A stretch of DNA of 64,000 nt from Spirochaetota bacterium (GCA_025457915.1 JALOTL010000005.1:132852-196851), one strand, 5' to 3'; shown: positions 17,949 to 28,330, numbered from the stretch's first letter. A program made the numbers and translations. Notes: a model not told the origin generated them from the sequence alone.

Positions 17949-18881
17949 ATGAATAAATATCTTTTCGGCCCTGTAAATTCCAGGAGACTCGGGAGATCGC
18001 TCGGCGTCGATATTGTTCCGTTTAAGACATGCCCCCTGAACTGCGTTTATTGCGAGTGCGGCGCCACGACCCGGCTTACCACTGAATTATCGGAATACGT
18101 GCCCACGGAGGAAGTCGTCGCCGAGCTCGACGATTTCCTGTACGCGGGTATTGATCTCGACGTGGTGACCTTTTCCGGCGGAGGGGAGCCGACGCTTCAT
18201 TCCGGCATAGGCCGGATGATATCCTTTCTGAAGGAAAAATATCCTGAATACAGGATCGCGGTACTGACCAACGGCGTCCTTTTATGGAAGCCCGAGGTCA
18301 GGAGGTCTCTTGAAAAGGCAGATATCGTTATGCCGTCCCTGGACGCGGTCGGAGAGGACGCCTTCAGGAAGATACTCAGGCCGGCGAAGGGCATCACCCC
18401 GGGCATCGTGGTCGAAGGAATCAGGGAATTCAGGAAGGAATTCAAGGGTTCGCTAGTGATTGAAATATTCATACTCCCCGGAATAAATGATTCGGAAGAG
18501 GAGCTGGGAAGGATAAAAAAGGCGTGCCTTGAGATCAATCCGGAAAAAATACAGTTGAACAGCCTCGACAGGCCTGGAACCGAATCCTGGGTTGTCCGGG
18601 CGGGCGAGGACAGGATGATTTCCATCATGGAGTATCTCAGTCCGCTCAACGTCGAGATAATAGGGAAGAGCGTCGAGAAGAACCGGCATGACGGAAATGC
18701 AGTTGCGGCTGTTGATGGGATAAAAGCGACTCTGTTGAGAAGGCCGATGACGATTGAGGACCTGCAGGAATATACCGGTTATAACAGTAAAGATCTGGTG
18801 AGGATCCTTGAAGAATTGCATGATAAGAAAATCGTGAAGGTAGAAAATACACCGACCGGATCTTTCTACAGGCTGGCCTGA
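17949..18881 (+). CDS. Radical SAM protein with C-terminal winged-helix-like domain
   Basis: 310 aa. CPLNCVYCEC (CxxxCxxC) cluster; GPVNSRRLGRSLGVD N-terminal motif; GGGEPTL glycine-rich SAM motif. Confidence 0.75.
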   Translation: MNKYLFGPVNSRRLGRSLGVDIVPFKTCPLNCVYCECGATTRLTTELSEYVPTEEVVAELDDFLYAGIDLDVVTFSGGGEPTLHSGIGRMISFLKEKYPEYRIAVLTNGVLLWKPEVRRSLEKADIVMPSLDAVGEDAFRKILRPAKGITPGIVVEGIREFRKEFKGSLVIEIFILPGINDSEEELGRIKKACLEINPEKIQLNSLDRPGTESWVVRAGEDRMISIMEYLSPLNVEIIGKSVEKNRHDGNAVAAVDGIKATLLRRPMTIEDLQEYTGYNSKDLVRILEELHDKKIVKVENTPTGSFYRLA

Positions 18882-18884
18882 AAC

Positions 18885-19541
18885 TCAGCCCAGGGGAACG
18901 AGGATTTTAGCGTAGGTTTTGTTTTCCCCGTCAGTTGTTATCATGAAATTCCTGTGAGATATGTTTATGTTTTTCAGCAAAACCACGATCATTGAAATGC
19001 CCAGGCCCATTCCTTCGGCCTCGGGATCGGGATTCTCCATGTAGAATTCGGCGATGTTGTCGTATTTCGAGGATTTTTCGATCCTATCGTTGATTTTTCT
19101 TTTTTCCTTGTCAGAGAGAGGGAGGTTGTTGATCACTTCTATAATCAGATTTTTATTATAGAGCTTGAAATAAATCCTGGTCTGCAGGTGGTGCTCTTTC
19201 GCCTTTAACCCGTATTCCAGTATCGCGTCCTCGTTGAGTATGGATCTCACCTTTGCGATGACGTCGATGATATCCTCGGGATCCTTAATTTTACCCTCTT
19301 CGATCATTATTTTTTTTGCGTTTGCCTTTGTCGCGTTTGCGATAAGTTCCTTTATGCACGATAATATCGGCGTGAATATCTCCTCCTTCTGGTGCATCTC
19401 GAGGATTTTTGCAAGAACGAATTTTATTTTTTCCTCGGTGTCCTCTATGCATGAATATGATATAATAACGATATTACTCATGTTTTTCAGGGCGGTGAGG
19501 ACTTCCATCTGGAAGTTTTTGTCTGTTTCCTGTCTGATCAT
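18885..19541 (-). CDS. Hypothetical GHKL/HATPase-like ATP-binding protein (stand-alone)
   Basis: 218 aa. N-box-like ELIANATKA and G2-box-like GMGLGISM. No HisKA or other domains. Confidence 0.4.
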   Translation of the reverse strand: MIRQETDKNFQMEVLTALKNMSNIVIISYSCIEDTEEKIKFVLAKILEMHQKEEIFTPILSCIKELIANATKANAKKIMIEEGKIKDPEDIIDVIAKVRSILNEDAILEYGLKAKEHHLQTRIYFKLYNKNLIIEVINNLPLSDKEKRKINDRIEKSSKYDNIAEFYMENPDPEAEGMGLGISMIVVLLKNINISHRNFMITTDGENKTYAKILVPLG

Positions 19542-19700
19542 TCTACGGTCCGGTTAATTTTATTGTATATTATCTGTTAATTTATTGATTTTTTTCAAGT
19601 ATAAAATAGTTTTTGAGCATATAAAGATGGTTTAAGCTGTTGCTGGTGAGACCCCGGCCGAAATCATCTGGAAAAAAATTTAATTGAAAATGGAGCTGAA

Positions 19701-20582
19701 ATGCTGGATCTGATATTTCCGTCAATATGGGCCGTATTGAGTCTGACCGCATTCGGGGCGATTTTCGGCCTGATGCTATCATTTATTAAAGTCAAGCTCA
19801 ATGTCGAAAAAAACCCCAAAATCGCGGAGGTTCTAGACTGTCTTCCAGGCGCCAACTGCGGTGCCTGCGGAATGCCTGGATGCTCCGCTTATGCGACCAG
19901 AATAGTCGAGGAAAAGTTCGATATAAACCTGTGCCCGGTTGGCGGCGCGGATTCCGCTAAGAAAATCGCGTCAATCATGGGGGTTGATCTCGGCGATGGA
20001 GCGGCAGTTTCCATGAAGGCCAGGGTGCACTGCCAGGGCGGCAGGAGCTTGACTAAAAACCGTTTTGAATACAACGGCCCGCTGTCATGCAGCGCGGCCT
20101 CGGGCGTCATGGGCGGGTTCAAGGTCTGCGAATACGGATGCCTCGGTTTCGGCGACTGCGTCAGGGCGTGTCCTTTCGATGCTATGTATATGGACGGGGA
20201 TTCCCTACCGGTGATAAGATGGGAAAAATGCACTGGGTGCGGATTTTGCGTGAAGGCATGTCCCAGGAACATCATAAGTCTTGAAAAACAGGCTATCGAA
20301 GTGCACGTCATATGCAGAAACAGGGAAAAGGCCCCGACGATGAAGCTCGGCTGTCCGGTCGGATGCATAGCCTGCAAATTATGTGAAAAGGCCTGCAGGG
20401 AGGTTTTTATTAACGAACCTACCGTGGATACTGCGATCGAGGTCAGGGATTTTCTCGCCAGGATCGATTATGACAAATGCATAAACTGCATGAAGTGCGT
20501 GGAGGTTTGCCCGATGCCGGTGATCCACCCGATTACGAAATCAAAGGTATACCTGAAGAAGAATTCGGAAGTTCCCGCATGA
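19701..20582 (+). CDS. RnfB-like polyferredoxin (electron transport complex subunit B homologue), solitary
   Basis: 293 aa. N-terminal TM helix; LPGANCGACGMPGC motif; at least four further 4Fe-4S CxxCxxCxxxCP motifs. No rnfCDGEA adjacent. Confidence 0.7.
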   Translation: MLDLIFPSIWAVLSLTAFGAIFGLMLSFIKVKLNVEKNPKIAEVLDCLPGANCGACGMPGCSAYATRIVEEKFDINLCPVGGADSAKKIASIMGVDLGDGAAVSMKARVHCQGGRSLTKNRFEYNGPLSCSAASGVMGGFKVCEYGCLGFGDCVRACPFDAMYMDGDSLPVIRWEKCTGCGFCVKACPRNIISLEKQAIEVHVICRNREKAPTMKLGCPVGCIACKLCEKACREVFINEPTVDTAIEVRDFLARIDYDKCINCMKCVEVCPMPVIHPITKSKVYLKKNSEVPA

Positions 20583-21592
20583 AGTCGGTTTTCGAAATGA
20601 AGGGGGTCGAAAGGGCCGCGGCCCTGCTAATCGCCCTCGGTCCTTCGATAGCCGCGGATATTTTGAAGTTCCTCGATGAGGACAGTATTGAGCGTCTCAC
20701 GGTGGAAATGTCGAAGATCGACAGGCTCGACCCGGCTGAAAAGGAAGACCTGATCGGCGAATTTATGATCGATCTCAGAAGGGAATCAAGAAGGATATCC
20801 GGGGGAGAAAACAAGGCAAAGGAACTTCTTACCGATGCCTTCGGCAGCGACAGGGCCGATGACATAATGAAAAAATTTTCCGCGAGGGATCTCGTAAGGG
20901 AGTTTGATTTTCTGAAGGAGGCCTCCGACGACATACTCGTTTCATTCCTCAAGGACGAAAACCCCCAGATGCTTGCCGTTACCCTGAGTTTTTTGACGCC
21001 GCAGAAATCCGCCGCGGTTTTAAAAGCGATGTCACAGGAAAACGCAAAGGACGTCGCCCTCAGGATGGCAAAAATGAAGAAGATAAATCCCGAGGCCGTT
21101 TCCAAGATGGCAGTGTCGCTCAAGGAAAAATACAGGAAATACCTGGCCAGCGTTCACGGCGTTTCGTCCGGCGGGATGGATTCCCTCATAAACATACTCC
21201 AGCACATGGAAGGCGACGCGGAAAGGGGACTCCTCTCGAACCTTGAAAAAACCATGCCGGATGTTTCGGAAAAAATCAAGGATGCCATATTTACCTTCGA
21301 GAATCTCGTCAACCTTTCCAACAGGGAGACGAGGATACTCATAGACGAAATAAACGACGACATGATTATCGCCAAGGCCCTCAAGGGTGGCGGCGACGAT
21401 ATAAGATTCAAGTTCATGAGGAACATGAGCCAGAACAGGGCCACTGACATCCTGAATGACATGAAAGCCATGGGCCCGGTTCATATTTCCGATGTGGAAT
21501 ACTGCAGGAGCAGGATCACCGCGGTGGCTAGGATGCTGCATGATAACGGCCTGATATCGATAAAAAAATCCGACGATCAAATTGTCGAATAA
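20580..21592 (+). CDS. fliG: Flagellar motor switch protein FliG (solitary copy)
   Basis: Start chosen at 20580 (MKSVFEM...), overlapping the rnfB-like stop. Track start 20477 is in-frame inside the upstream gene. C-terminal torque-helix region MSQNRATDILNDM. Confidence 0.8.
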
Positions 21593-21693
21593 AATCCCCG
21601 GATAATCAGGACCTGTCATCACGGGATCTTTCACGGATCTGTGAACAAACTGACATGAGGGGACCTCTAATAATCATATAAAGATGCCCATAT

Positions 21694-21721
21694 AAAAAGG
21701 CGGCATTGCCGCCTTTTTATT
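21694..21721. terminator. Bidirectional rho-independent terminator
   Basis: aaaaaGGCGGCattGCCGCCtttttat between convergent fliG and the lipoprotein gene. Confidence 0.6.
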
Positions 21722-21739
21722 GCATACGCTTGAAGTCTA

Positions 21740-22465
21740 TCAGTTGCCCGGGTTTTCTTCCGGGGCCTGCCTGTCCTGCTGTTTTTCTTCAGTCTGCGGG
21801 GTTTTTTTGCCCTCGATCTCGTCCAGCTTTTCCTTCGCCAGGTTCCCGAATAATGTCGATGATTTGGACAGCTCTTTCAATTTATTGAGGGCCTCGTCAT
21901 ATTCCTTTTTACCCTCGGAACCCTTTTTTAATGCAGTGGCGGCTTCTTCGTAGGTCTTTGCGTCCAGTATCAGGTTTTCGTCGGAATTGAATCCTCCCTT
22001 TGCCCACTTGTCGGCGATCCATTGATCCCCGATTTTGCCGGCGTATATTTTAACCCAGCCGCCTTTTTCCTCTATTATGAATGCTATCGTTCCCTTCGGG
22101 ACGGTCGCTGATACCCTGCTCCCTATATTGTTCCTGTCATGAACCTTGGCGTCTTCCGTGAAAACGATCGGTTTATCGGCGAGGCTTGCTGAAAGGGTAT
22201 AACCCGTTGAATCGTCGGAGAGCTTGATGTTGGACAGCTCTACCTGCATTTTCTTTTCGTTTATAAATTTTTCTTCACCCAGCAGATCGACGGACTCGGC
22301 CTTGGAGAGCACTGCAAGCCTTTCCTTTAAATTTTTGTCCTTATATACGAGGACCTGGAATTTCGCATATTTCTTGGCCAGTGATTCCTCTTTCTGCTTG
22401 TCCCCTTTTTTACAACCGGTTACGATCACTGCAGCTATTGCAAAGAGAACGATCAAATTTCTCAT
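21740..22465 (-). CDS. Lipoprotein, hypothetical (Lys/Glu-rich)
   Basis: 241 aa. Lipobox IVTGC after a hydrophobic signal. Confidence 0.55.
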   Translation of the reverse strand: MRNLIVLFAIAAVIVTGCKKGDKQKEESLAKKYAKFQVLVYKDKNLKERLAVLSKAESVDLLGEEKFINEKKMQVELSNIKLSDDSTGYTLSASLADKPIVFTEDAKVHDRNNIGSRVSATVPKGTIAFIIEEKGGWVKIYAGKIGDQWIADKWAKGGFNSDENLILDAKTYEEAATALKKGSEGKKEYDEALNKLKELSKSSTLFGNLAKEKLDEIEGKKTPQTEEKQQDRQAPEENPGN

Positions 22466-22651
22466 ATTTCCTCCGGGTTAAATAAAATAATTTCCGCGAT
22501 CTGTCTTTTCATCACGGTTATCTGGCCTGTTAAACGGAGTGAGTGTGTGAACATCCGTTTATACCGCGGCACTTAAAATGAATAAAGTATTTGGATATCA
22601 GGATTTTGGGAAATGTCAAGAAATAATTACAGGTTGAAAATGAGGAAATTC

Positions 22652-23293
22652 TTACCTGCTGTATATAAGTATGGAGCCGTCCTTTTCGATTTTTTTGTAC
22701 AGCTTTTTAATACTGGGAGTATAATTGCCTTCCCTGCCGTAAAGCGTCATAATTGCGTTTACGTAATCGATCGTCGCCTTGATGGGGGGTATTGAATTAT
22801 TTTTACTCACCCTTCCGAGGCCCGCATGATATGCGGCGAGGGCCAGGGGGATATCGTCCTTGAAATATTTCATTAAGGTTTTAAAATGCCTTGTTCCCGC
22901 TTTTAAGTTTTCAATTGGATCAAGGGGATCCCTGACGCCGTATATTTTTGCAGTATCCTGCATCAGCTGCATCAGCCCCATGGCTCCCGATGTCGATACG
23001 GCATCCGGGTTGAAATCGGATTCTATCTTTATTATGCACTTCACGAGAAACGGATCAAGACCGACTTCTGTTGAAATCCTGTCGATCATTTCATCGTAAA
23101 CGGTTTTTTGTATCGATACCGGTTTCCGTGGTTTCACTTCTTCATTCTTATTGTAATATTCCACGGAACCGTCCCCTGAAATTTTTTTATATATCCTGGC
23201 GTCGGATATGACCGGTTCAATAAGAAAGAATGCCGGTATCAGCAGGGCGGCAAACCATGAAGAATTGAATCTATTTGTTCCGGTAAACAGCAT
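22652..23293 (-). CDS. Lytic transglycosylase (SLT domain)
   Basis: 213 aa. SLT catalytic motif IESDFNPDAVSTSGAMGLMQLM; AYHAG motif. Confidence 0.8.
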   Translation of the reverse strand: MLFTGTNRFNSSWFAALLIPAFFLIEPVISDARIYKKISGDGSVEYYNKNEEVKPRKPVSIQKTVYDEMIDRISTEVGLDPFLVKCIIKIESDFNPDAVSTSGAMGLMQLMQDTAKIYGVRDPLDPIENLKAGTRHFKTLMKYFKDDIPLALAAYHAGLGRVSKNNSIPPIKATIDYVNAIMTLYGREGNYTPSIKKLYKKIEKDGSILIYSR

Positions 23294-23567
23294 GAATTAA
23301 TATATCCCGGGTTTTTGTTTGAAAACCCTGTGATTTTGTTAAGTTGCAATTTTATTAAATACATGAAAATCATGTAAACATTTATATGGAATATCTAACA
23401 ATATAATTTAATCCAGACGAGGGGGATAGCCAAATGAAGCAGGAATTTGAAAAGAATGTCCAGCAAATGATAGAATATATAAAGACGATCCAAGATTAAT
23501 ATTGACAATCCGCCATCCATTAATAAATTAACCAATTAATTAAAAACTTTTTGCAGGAGTTTTACCC

Positions 23568-25163
23568 ATGCAAGGTGCCGGCATAAGGCTCTTACTAATC
23601 CTTATTTTGACGATATCCATAAACAGCGCTGTTTTTTCACAGGATGCCGTAAAAAAAACTGCGGATAAAAAAACCGGGTCTGATAAAAAAGGCGATGCCG
23701 GCGAAAAAACAAACGGAAACACGAAACTTGCCGACCAGCTGAAAAAGGACAAAAAGCTCAGGCTTACCGTCAAAAAGGTCATTGAATACCTGATCAGCAA
23801 CAACCATGATATAAAATCCGCTCTCATAGCATACAAGGGGACCTCGATCGGTCTGCTGAATTTCAACAGTAAATTCGACCCATACCTGACTTCCAGTTAC
23901 ATGCACGGAAAGGCGCAGATCCCGAACAAATCTCAGCAGCTTTTTGCCGGGAAGAGCACTGATTACGACAATTACTGGGTGGGTTTAAGCAAGAGCTTCA
24001 ATACCGGCACCAGGATAGATGCCGGTCTTATAAATGGACAATACCAGGACGTCAACGGGTCCCTGCTCGCCTCCAGCGGGTTTCAGACAGGGGTTTCCGT
24101 CCAGCTGAGCCAGGAACTGCTGAAGAACTGCTTCGGCATTTCGGACAGGCTCACGGAGAGCATGATCGCAAACAGCGCCAGGCTGAACCGCGGCCTGATC
24201 AGAATGAAGCTTTCCGGGCTGATGGTGGAGGCCCTGATAGGGTACTGGAACGTCGCGATAGCGGAGGAGGGACTCAAGACCAGCGAGGTGAACCTTAAAA
24301 GCACGACGGAAATCAGGAACCTCGTTATCAACAAGGCCGGCATAGGACTCTCGGAAAGGGAGGAAATCCTTGACTGGAACGTCAGGGTCCTTCAGAGCAG
24401 CAACTTCAATGAAAAGATGAAAAAGCTCCTTTTCGACACCAGGCTGGCGGTCCTGCGGGTCCTTAACTTCGACTCTGATTTTGAAATAGAGGTCGGGGCC
24501 ACGTTCACGTCCAATCCGCCGGACGTGAACGTCGAAGAGGCCATGAAGGACGCCTTCATCAAGAGGGAGGACTGGAACAACCAGAACATAGCCCTGAAAA
24601 ACGCAGAGATGGAATACCGGGCTGCCTACAACAACCTTCTTCCTTCCCTGAGGTTCAAGGTCGGAGTGGGGAACAAGGATTATTCGTCACGTTCGTTTAC
24701 GGGATCGGTCAACACGTTAAATCCTGAATATAACATAGGGCTGGACCTCGTTTATCCCATAGGAGACAGGGCCGCAGACGCCAGGCTCAGGCAGGCAAGG
24801 CTCGGCATCCAGAACGAGAGCGTCAACAAGAGCAGGCTTGAAAAAGCCATAAGGGACGAGATAGTATCCATAGTAAAGCAGTGCGAAGTCGACTACAAGA
24901 TTTACCAGCAGACCAGGAAGGTGAGGGAAAACGCCCAGAACTACTACACCCATGTCCTGGCCAAGTTCAGGATGGGGAAGTACAACGCGCTCCAGCTGAA
25001 GCTGGCGCTTGACGGCTACATAAATTCAAGGCAGGCGGAACTGCAGTCGCAGGTTGATTACAACATCAGCCTGATAAGAAGGGACCTGGCGCGGAACGTT
25101 ATTTTTGAGAAGCTTGACGTGGATATCAATCAGATTCTAAAGCGGCTGGAAGATTCTAAATAA
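23568..25163 (+). CDS. TolC-family outer membrane efflux protein
   Basis: 531 aa. Signal peptide; two OEP-type repeats with coiled-coil heptads; typical length. Confidence 0.7.
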   Translation: MQGAGIRLLLILILTISINSAVFSQDAVKKTADKKTGSDKKGDAGEKTNGNTKLADQLKKDKKLRLTVKKVIEYLISNNHDIKSALIAYKGTSIGLLNFNSKFDPYLTSSYMHGKAQIPNKSQQLFAGKSTDYDNYWVGLSKSFNTGTRIDAGLINGQYQDVNGSLLASSGFQTGVSVQLSQELLKNCFGISDRLTESMIANSARLNRGLIRMKLSGLMVEALIGYWNVAIAEEGLKTSEVNLKSTTEIRNLVINKAGIGLSEREEILDWNVRVLQSSNFNEKMKKLLFDTRLAVLRVLNFDSDFEIEVGATFTSNPPDVNVEEAMKDAFIKREDWNNQNIALKNAEMEYRAAYNNLLPSLRFKVGVGNKDYSSRSFTGSVNTLNPEYNIGLDLVYPIGDRAADARLRQARLGIQNESVNKSRLEKAIRDEIVSIVKQCEVDYKIYQQTRKVRENAQNYYTHVLAKFRMGKYNALQLKLALDGYINSRQAELQSQVDYNISLIRRDLARNVIFEKLDVDINQILKRLEDSK

Positions 25164-25208
25164 ACCGGCTTATAAACCCTTTAATACTTATATTTCCTTT
25201 TCTGATAA

Positions 25209-25766
25209 TTAAAACCCGGGTGCGTGTATATTGTCACCGCCATTCAATGTATAGGGCCCGACCGCTATTCCTGCGCCGGTATATACGATGTCATAAACCT
25301 GGTTTCCGGCGTTGTATGTGATTGAAAGATCTGCTGCAGGTATGACTGCGGTATAACCCACGCCGTTATAAACTACCTTGATGAAAAAATTCGTGTCAAT
25401 AGTTACGCGTCTGAAAATAATCGCTGAAAAATTGTTGGCCCCGCCGGAAGTTCTATTGTTTACCGCGGCCGCCTGGTACTGGTCCATTCCGGCAAAGCCG
25501 ACGAAGTAGGCCGTATTGCAGATTATGGCAGGGCCGCATGTTTGGCCTCCGCCAACACCACCGAAGGCATACCCCTTGTTCACATTTATCGCCAGGGCGG
25601 AAAATAACTGGTGTTCGGGAAGGAGCTGCTCGACAGGATCGGTAATCGATGTATCGGGATACGCTCCCGGGTTCTTATATCCCCAGACCAGGTTCTGCTT
25701 TTTTTCCTTTTCGCAGGAGGCCAGGAAAGCGGCCGATATTAATATTATGAATATAGTTTTCTTCAT
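25209..25766 (-). CDS. Lipoprotein, hypothetical (Gly-rich beta protein)
   Basis: Track ORF runs to 25880. Preferred start MKKTIFIILISAAFLASC (lipobox LASC) at about 25766. Confidence 0.45.
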   Translation of the reverse strand: MKKTIFIILISAAFLASCEKEKKQNLVWGYKNPGAYPDTSITDPVEQLLPEHQLFSALAINVNKGYAFGGVGGGQTCGPAIICNTAYFVGFAGMDQYQAAAVNNRTSGGANNFSAIIFRRVTIDTNFFIKVVYNGVGYTAVIPAADLSITYNAGNQVYDIVYTGAGIAVGPYTLNGGDNIHAPGF

Positions 25767-25993
25767 CTGATGCTCCATCATTGCCTGCCGGATGTCGGTA
25801 TGGTACTGCAAAAACCCGGCATACCCTGGATAATTGATTTTGGATAATAATCTGGCATTGTTTTTAATGTCAATCATCAATTTTCCAGGGATTGAAATAG
25901 CTTATCGATAAAACCAGGATTAAACCCGGACCGGGCGGCAGCTTTTTACTTGACTTATATGATTTATCAGTTAATGTTCTTTATTGGCAAAGA

Positions 25994-26647
25994 ATGCAAT
26001 GTAACGGGTGTTTTATTTTGAAAAAAATCGTATTTTGTTTTGCCTGCCTGATGATAGTTCCGGCTGTCGTCTATTCCGAGTCGTTTAATCTGCATTTTGA
26101 CGGGATCGGCGGGTACATGGGCACGGGAAAGGCCGGCGGCAAACTCGGATACGGAGCAAATGTCGGCATAGACACGCCCCTGAATGCCAGCCTTATTTTC
26201 AACTACACGTATTCAAAATCGATAACGGACCGGAAAAGCCTTCTCGAAAGGGAATTCAGGCTGGTAAAATACAACGGGGGACTCGAGTATACTCTCCCGG
26301 GATCTGTTCTCCCGTCTCTTTCCAGGTACGGGATATTCCTCAGGGCCGCATTCCTGGCCGGAAAGTCCGTCACTGTCGGGGCATACAAGAATAAAAAATT
26401 GTCATTTGTACCCGGTGATGGTGGACTTCCTTTCCTTCCGATGGCCTTGCTTGCGTACGGGGAAAGGTCCTCCGGATTCGATGTGGCGTTCAAGACCGGT
26501 GTGCTTTTCAGCGTCACCCAGCACCTGTCTTTTTTCCTGGATCTCGGATACGGTTCGGCGACTTATGCCGGTAATATAAGGGGGTTTATCGTGATGGGAG
26601 GATTGAGGCTCTATATGCTGAAAAGCAGGGGGATTACTGACCTTTAA
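25994..26647 (+). CDS. Hypothetical secreted / outer-membrane beta-barrel-like protein
   Basis: 217 aa. N-terminal hydrophobic segment. Gly/Tyr-rich alternating pattern. C-terminus overlaps a convergent gene by 14 bp. Confidence 0.4.
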   Translation: MQCNGCFILKKIVFCFACLMIVPAVVYSESFNLHFDGIGGYMGTGKAGGKLGYGANVGIDTPLNASLIFNYTYSKSITDRKSLLEREFRLVKYNGGLEYTLPGSVLPSLSRYGIFLRAAFLAGKSVTVGAYKNKKLSFVPGDGGLPFLPMALLAYGERSSGFDVAFKTGVLFSVTQHLSFFLDLGYGSATYAGNIRGFIVMGGLRLYMLKSRGITDL

Positions 26648-27677
26648 CCGGAACGAGTGTCTTGCTGCCCATGTTGTCCGCGATTTTTTTCCCGATCAGA
26701 GACAGGTTTGAGGCCGTGATGTTCGACTGCATCCAGATCAATTCCCTGGTTTTCAGGTTGATGCACCTTACCCACGCGTTATTTTTTGCCTTATTCAATC
26801 CCACTATAAGGACAAGATCGGCGTTATAGAAACGCGCGATTCTTTCCATGACGTCCATTTTTGTCTTAAAATAATGTATTTCGAAATTGTCATAAAGCCT
26901 GTTGACATACATCAATGGCGTATCGCCCTTGATCCCCTCCTGCGATTCCGCAAGGACCCTCGATGATTTTTTATCCGGGATGAAATCATAAGAATTATCT
27001 TTCGAACTTATGTACAGACATCTTTCAATGAGCTGCCGGTCTATGCCGCTTAAAAGTGAATTGGCGTTGGTGGATGCGATTTCATATCCCGCGTTCATCA
27101 GGGATATATAGATGTAATTGAGTTCATCACCGGAGAGATTGCTCATGACCGCTATCCTGCTGTTCTTCGGGATGAAGGCTGATTTATAAAACATATCCTC
27201 GCTCATGAACAGTGCCAGTATCTGCGTTATCCTGTCCACGAGTTTGAAAATTTCAACTTCCAGTTTCCCGGTGTTTGAAAAGGTGAATATCTTTTTGCTG
27301 TCGGCCATGTAGAAATTTATGTCAATTTTGATGTTTTTATCCGGAAGCGGGGAAAAGCTGCCCCAGACGAAAAAGTCTGACCCGATTTTATCGCACAGGT
27401 CCGGCAGTTCCTGGAATTTGTAGCTTCTTTCAAGCTTGAGGTTCTTTTTTTTAAGGAGGCTTTCGACTTTTTTATTTTTTATGATTTTGATTCCGAAAGT
27501 GTTCTTGATGGAATTGGCGAAAGAATTCGGGAACATGGTTTCGAGGTAATCATAGTTGAGGTCTTTCGATGCGTTGGTGAAATGACCGAACGCTATTTTT
27601 TGCGACGCCTCCGCGGAATATGCCGCCAGCGTGATGAGCAGTATCAAAACAATTTTTAATGCCGTACGTTTTTTCAT
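26634..27677 (-). CDS. Secreted LpoB/CsgG-like protein (two repeats of the paralogous domain)
   Basis: 347 aa. Signal peptide. Two copies of a module (KIAF..F.N.S.D / SRIAVMSNLSGDE ... VLIVG...AWVRCINLKTRELIW) paralogous to the downstream gene. Confidence 0.45.
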   Translation of the reverse strand: MKKRTALKIVLILLITLAAYSAEASQKIAFGHFTNASKDLNYDYLETMFPNSFANSIKNTFGIKIIKNKKVESLLKKKNLKLERSYKFQELPDLCDKIGSDFFVWGSFSPLPDKNIKIDINFYMADSKKIFTFSNTGKLEVEIFKLVDRITQILALFMSEDMFYKSAFIPKNSRIAVMSNLSGDELNYIYISLMNAGYEIASTNANSLLSGIDRQLIERCLYISSKDNSYDFIPDKKSSRVLAESQEGIKGDTPLMYVNRLYDNFEIHYFKTKMDVMERIARFYNADLVLIVGLNKAKNNAWVRCINLKTRELIWMQSNITASNLSLIGKKIADNMGSKTLVPVKGQ

Positions 27678-28243
27678 TTTCCACCGGTCATGCTTGAAAT
27701 AAAGTATTCCGTAACGGTCTCGATATTGTCGCCCGGACCGGTAGGATGATTGTCGACCCAGATCAGTTCATTGGACCTCAGGTCTATCGCTCTCGCCCAG
27801 CTCGTGTTTTCCCAGTCGCTGAAGGTCATGAGCACCAGGTACTGGACATCGAATTTATTTCTCATTTCGCCGAGTTTTTCCGCTTTCTGGATTTCGGTTT
27901 TGTAAATAAGCATTTTAAACAGGTTGTTGACTGTTCTTTTTGAAACCGGAAGGTTGCTGGATTCGAGCCTGAGAAATTTGTTTTTTTCCCTGTCCGTATC
28001 CAGCTTCGCGAATATTCCCTCCGCGTCCTGCACCCTGAAGCCGGATGACTTCAGTTTCTGTAGAACGCTGTTTTTCATGGTGCTGTCCGCATCGATCAGC
28101 ACCGCTATCCTGGAATTGTTCTGCACCGGCCTTTTGGAGAATTTTATCGATTGCCCGGCGGAGCAGGAGGCGAAAAGAGTAACTGCCAGAAGCGCCGTCA
28201 GGAAGGCCGGGGTTAACTGATGTCTTTTTTTGATCATTGGCAC
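27674..28243 (-). CDS. LpoB/CsgG-like lipoprotein (single repeat), paralogue of the neighbouring gene
   Basis: 189 aa. Lipobox LFASC. SRIAVLIDADS...YLVLMTFSDWENTSWARAIDLRSNELIW mirrors the neighbouring gene. ATGA-coupled to it. Confidence 0.5.
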   Translation of the reverse strand: MPMIKKRHQLTPAFLTALLAVTLFASCSAGQSIKFSKRPVQNNSRIAVLIDADSTMKNSVLQKLKSSGFRVQDAEGIFAKLDTDREKNKFLRLESSNLPVSKRTVNNLFKMLIYKTEIQKAEKLGEMRNKFDVQYLVLMTFSDWENTSWARAIDLRSNELIWVDNHPTGPGDNIETVTEYFISSMTGGK

Positions 28244-28330
28244 CTGGCTCTAAAGCCCCTAAAAAATTTTTACTTCCAGCTATCAAATAGTTGAAGTGTT
28301 TCAACTATCCGTTTTTAATTAAACGGCATC

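Noticed and set aside
20477-20582. Upstream extension of fliG
   Set aside because: The extension overlaps the rnfB-like gene in another frame. The conserved FliG N-terminus begins at MKSVFEM (20580).
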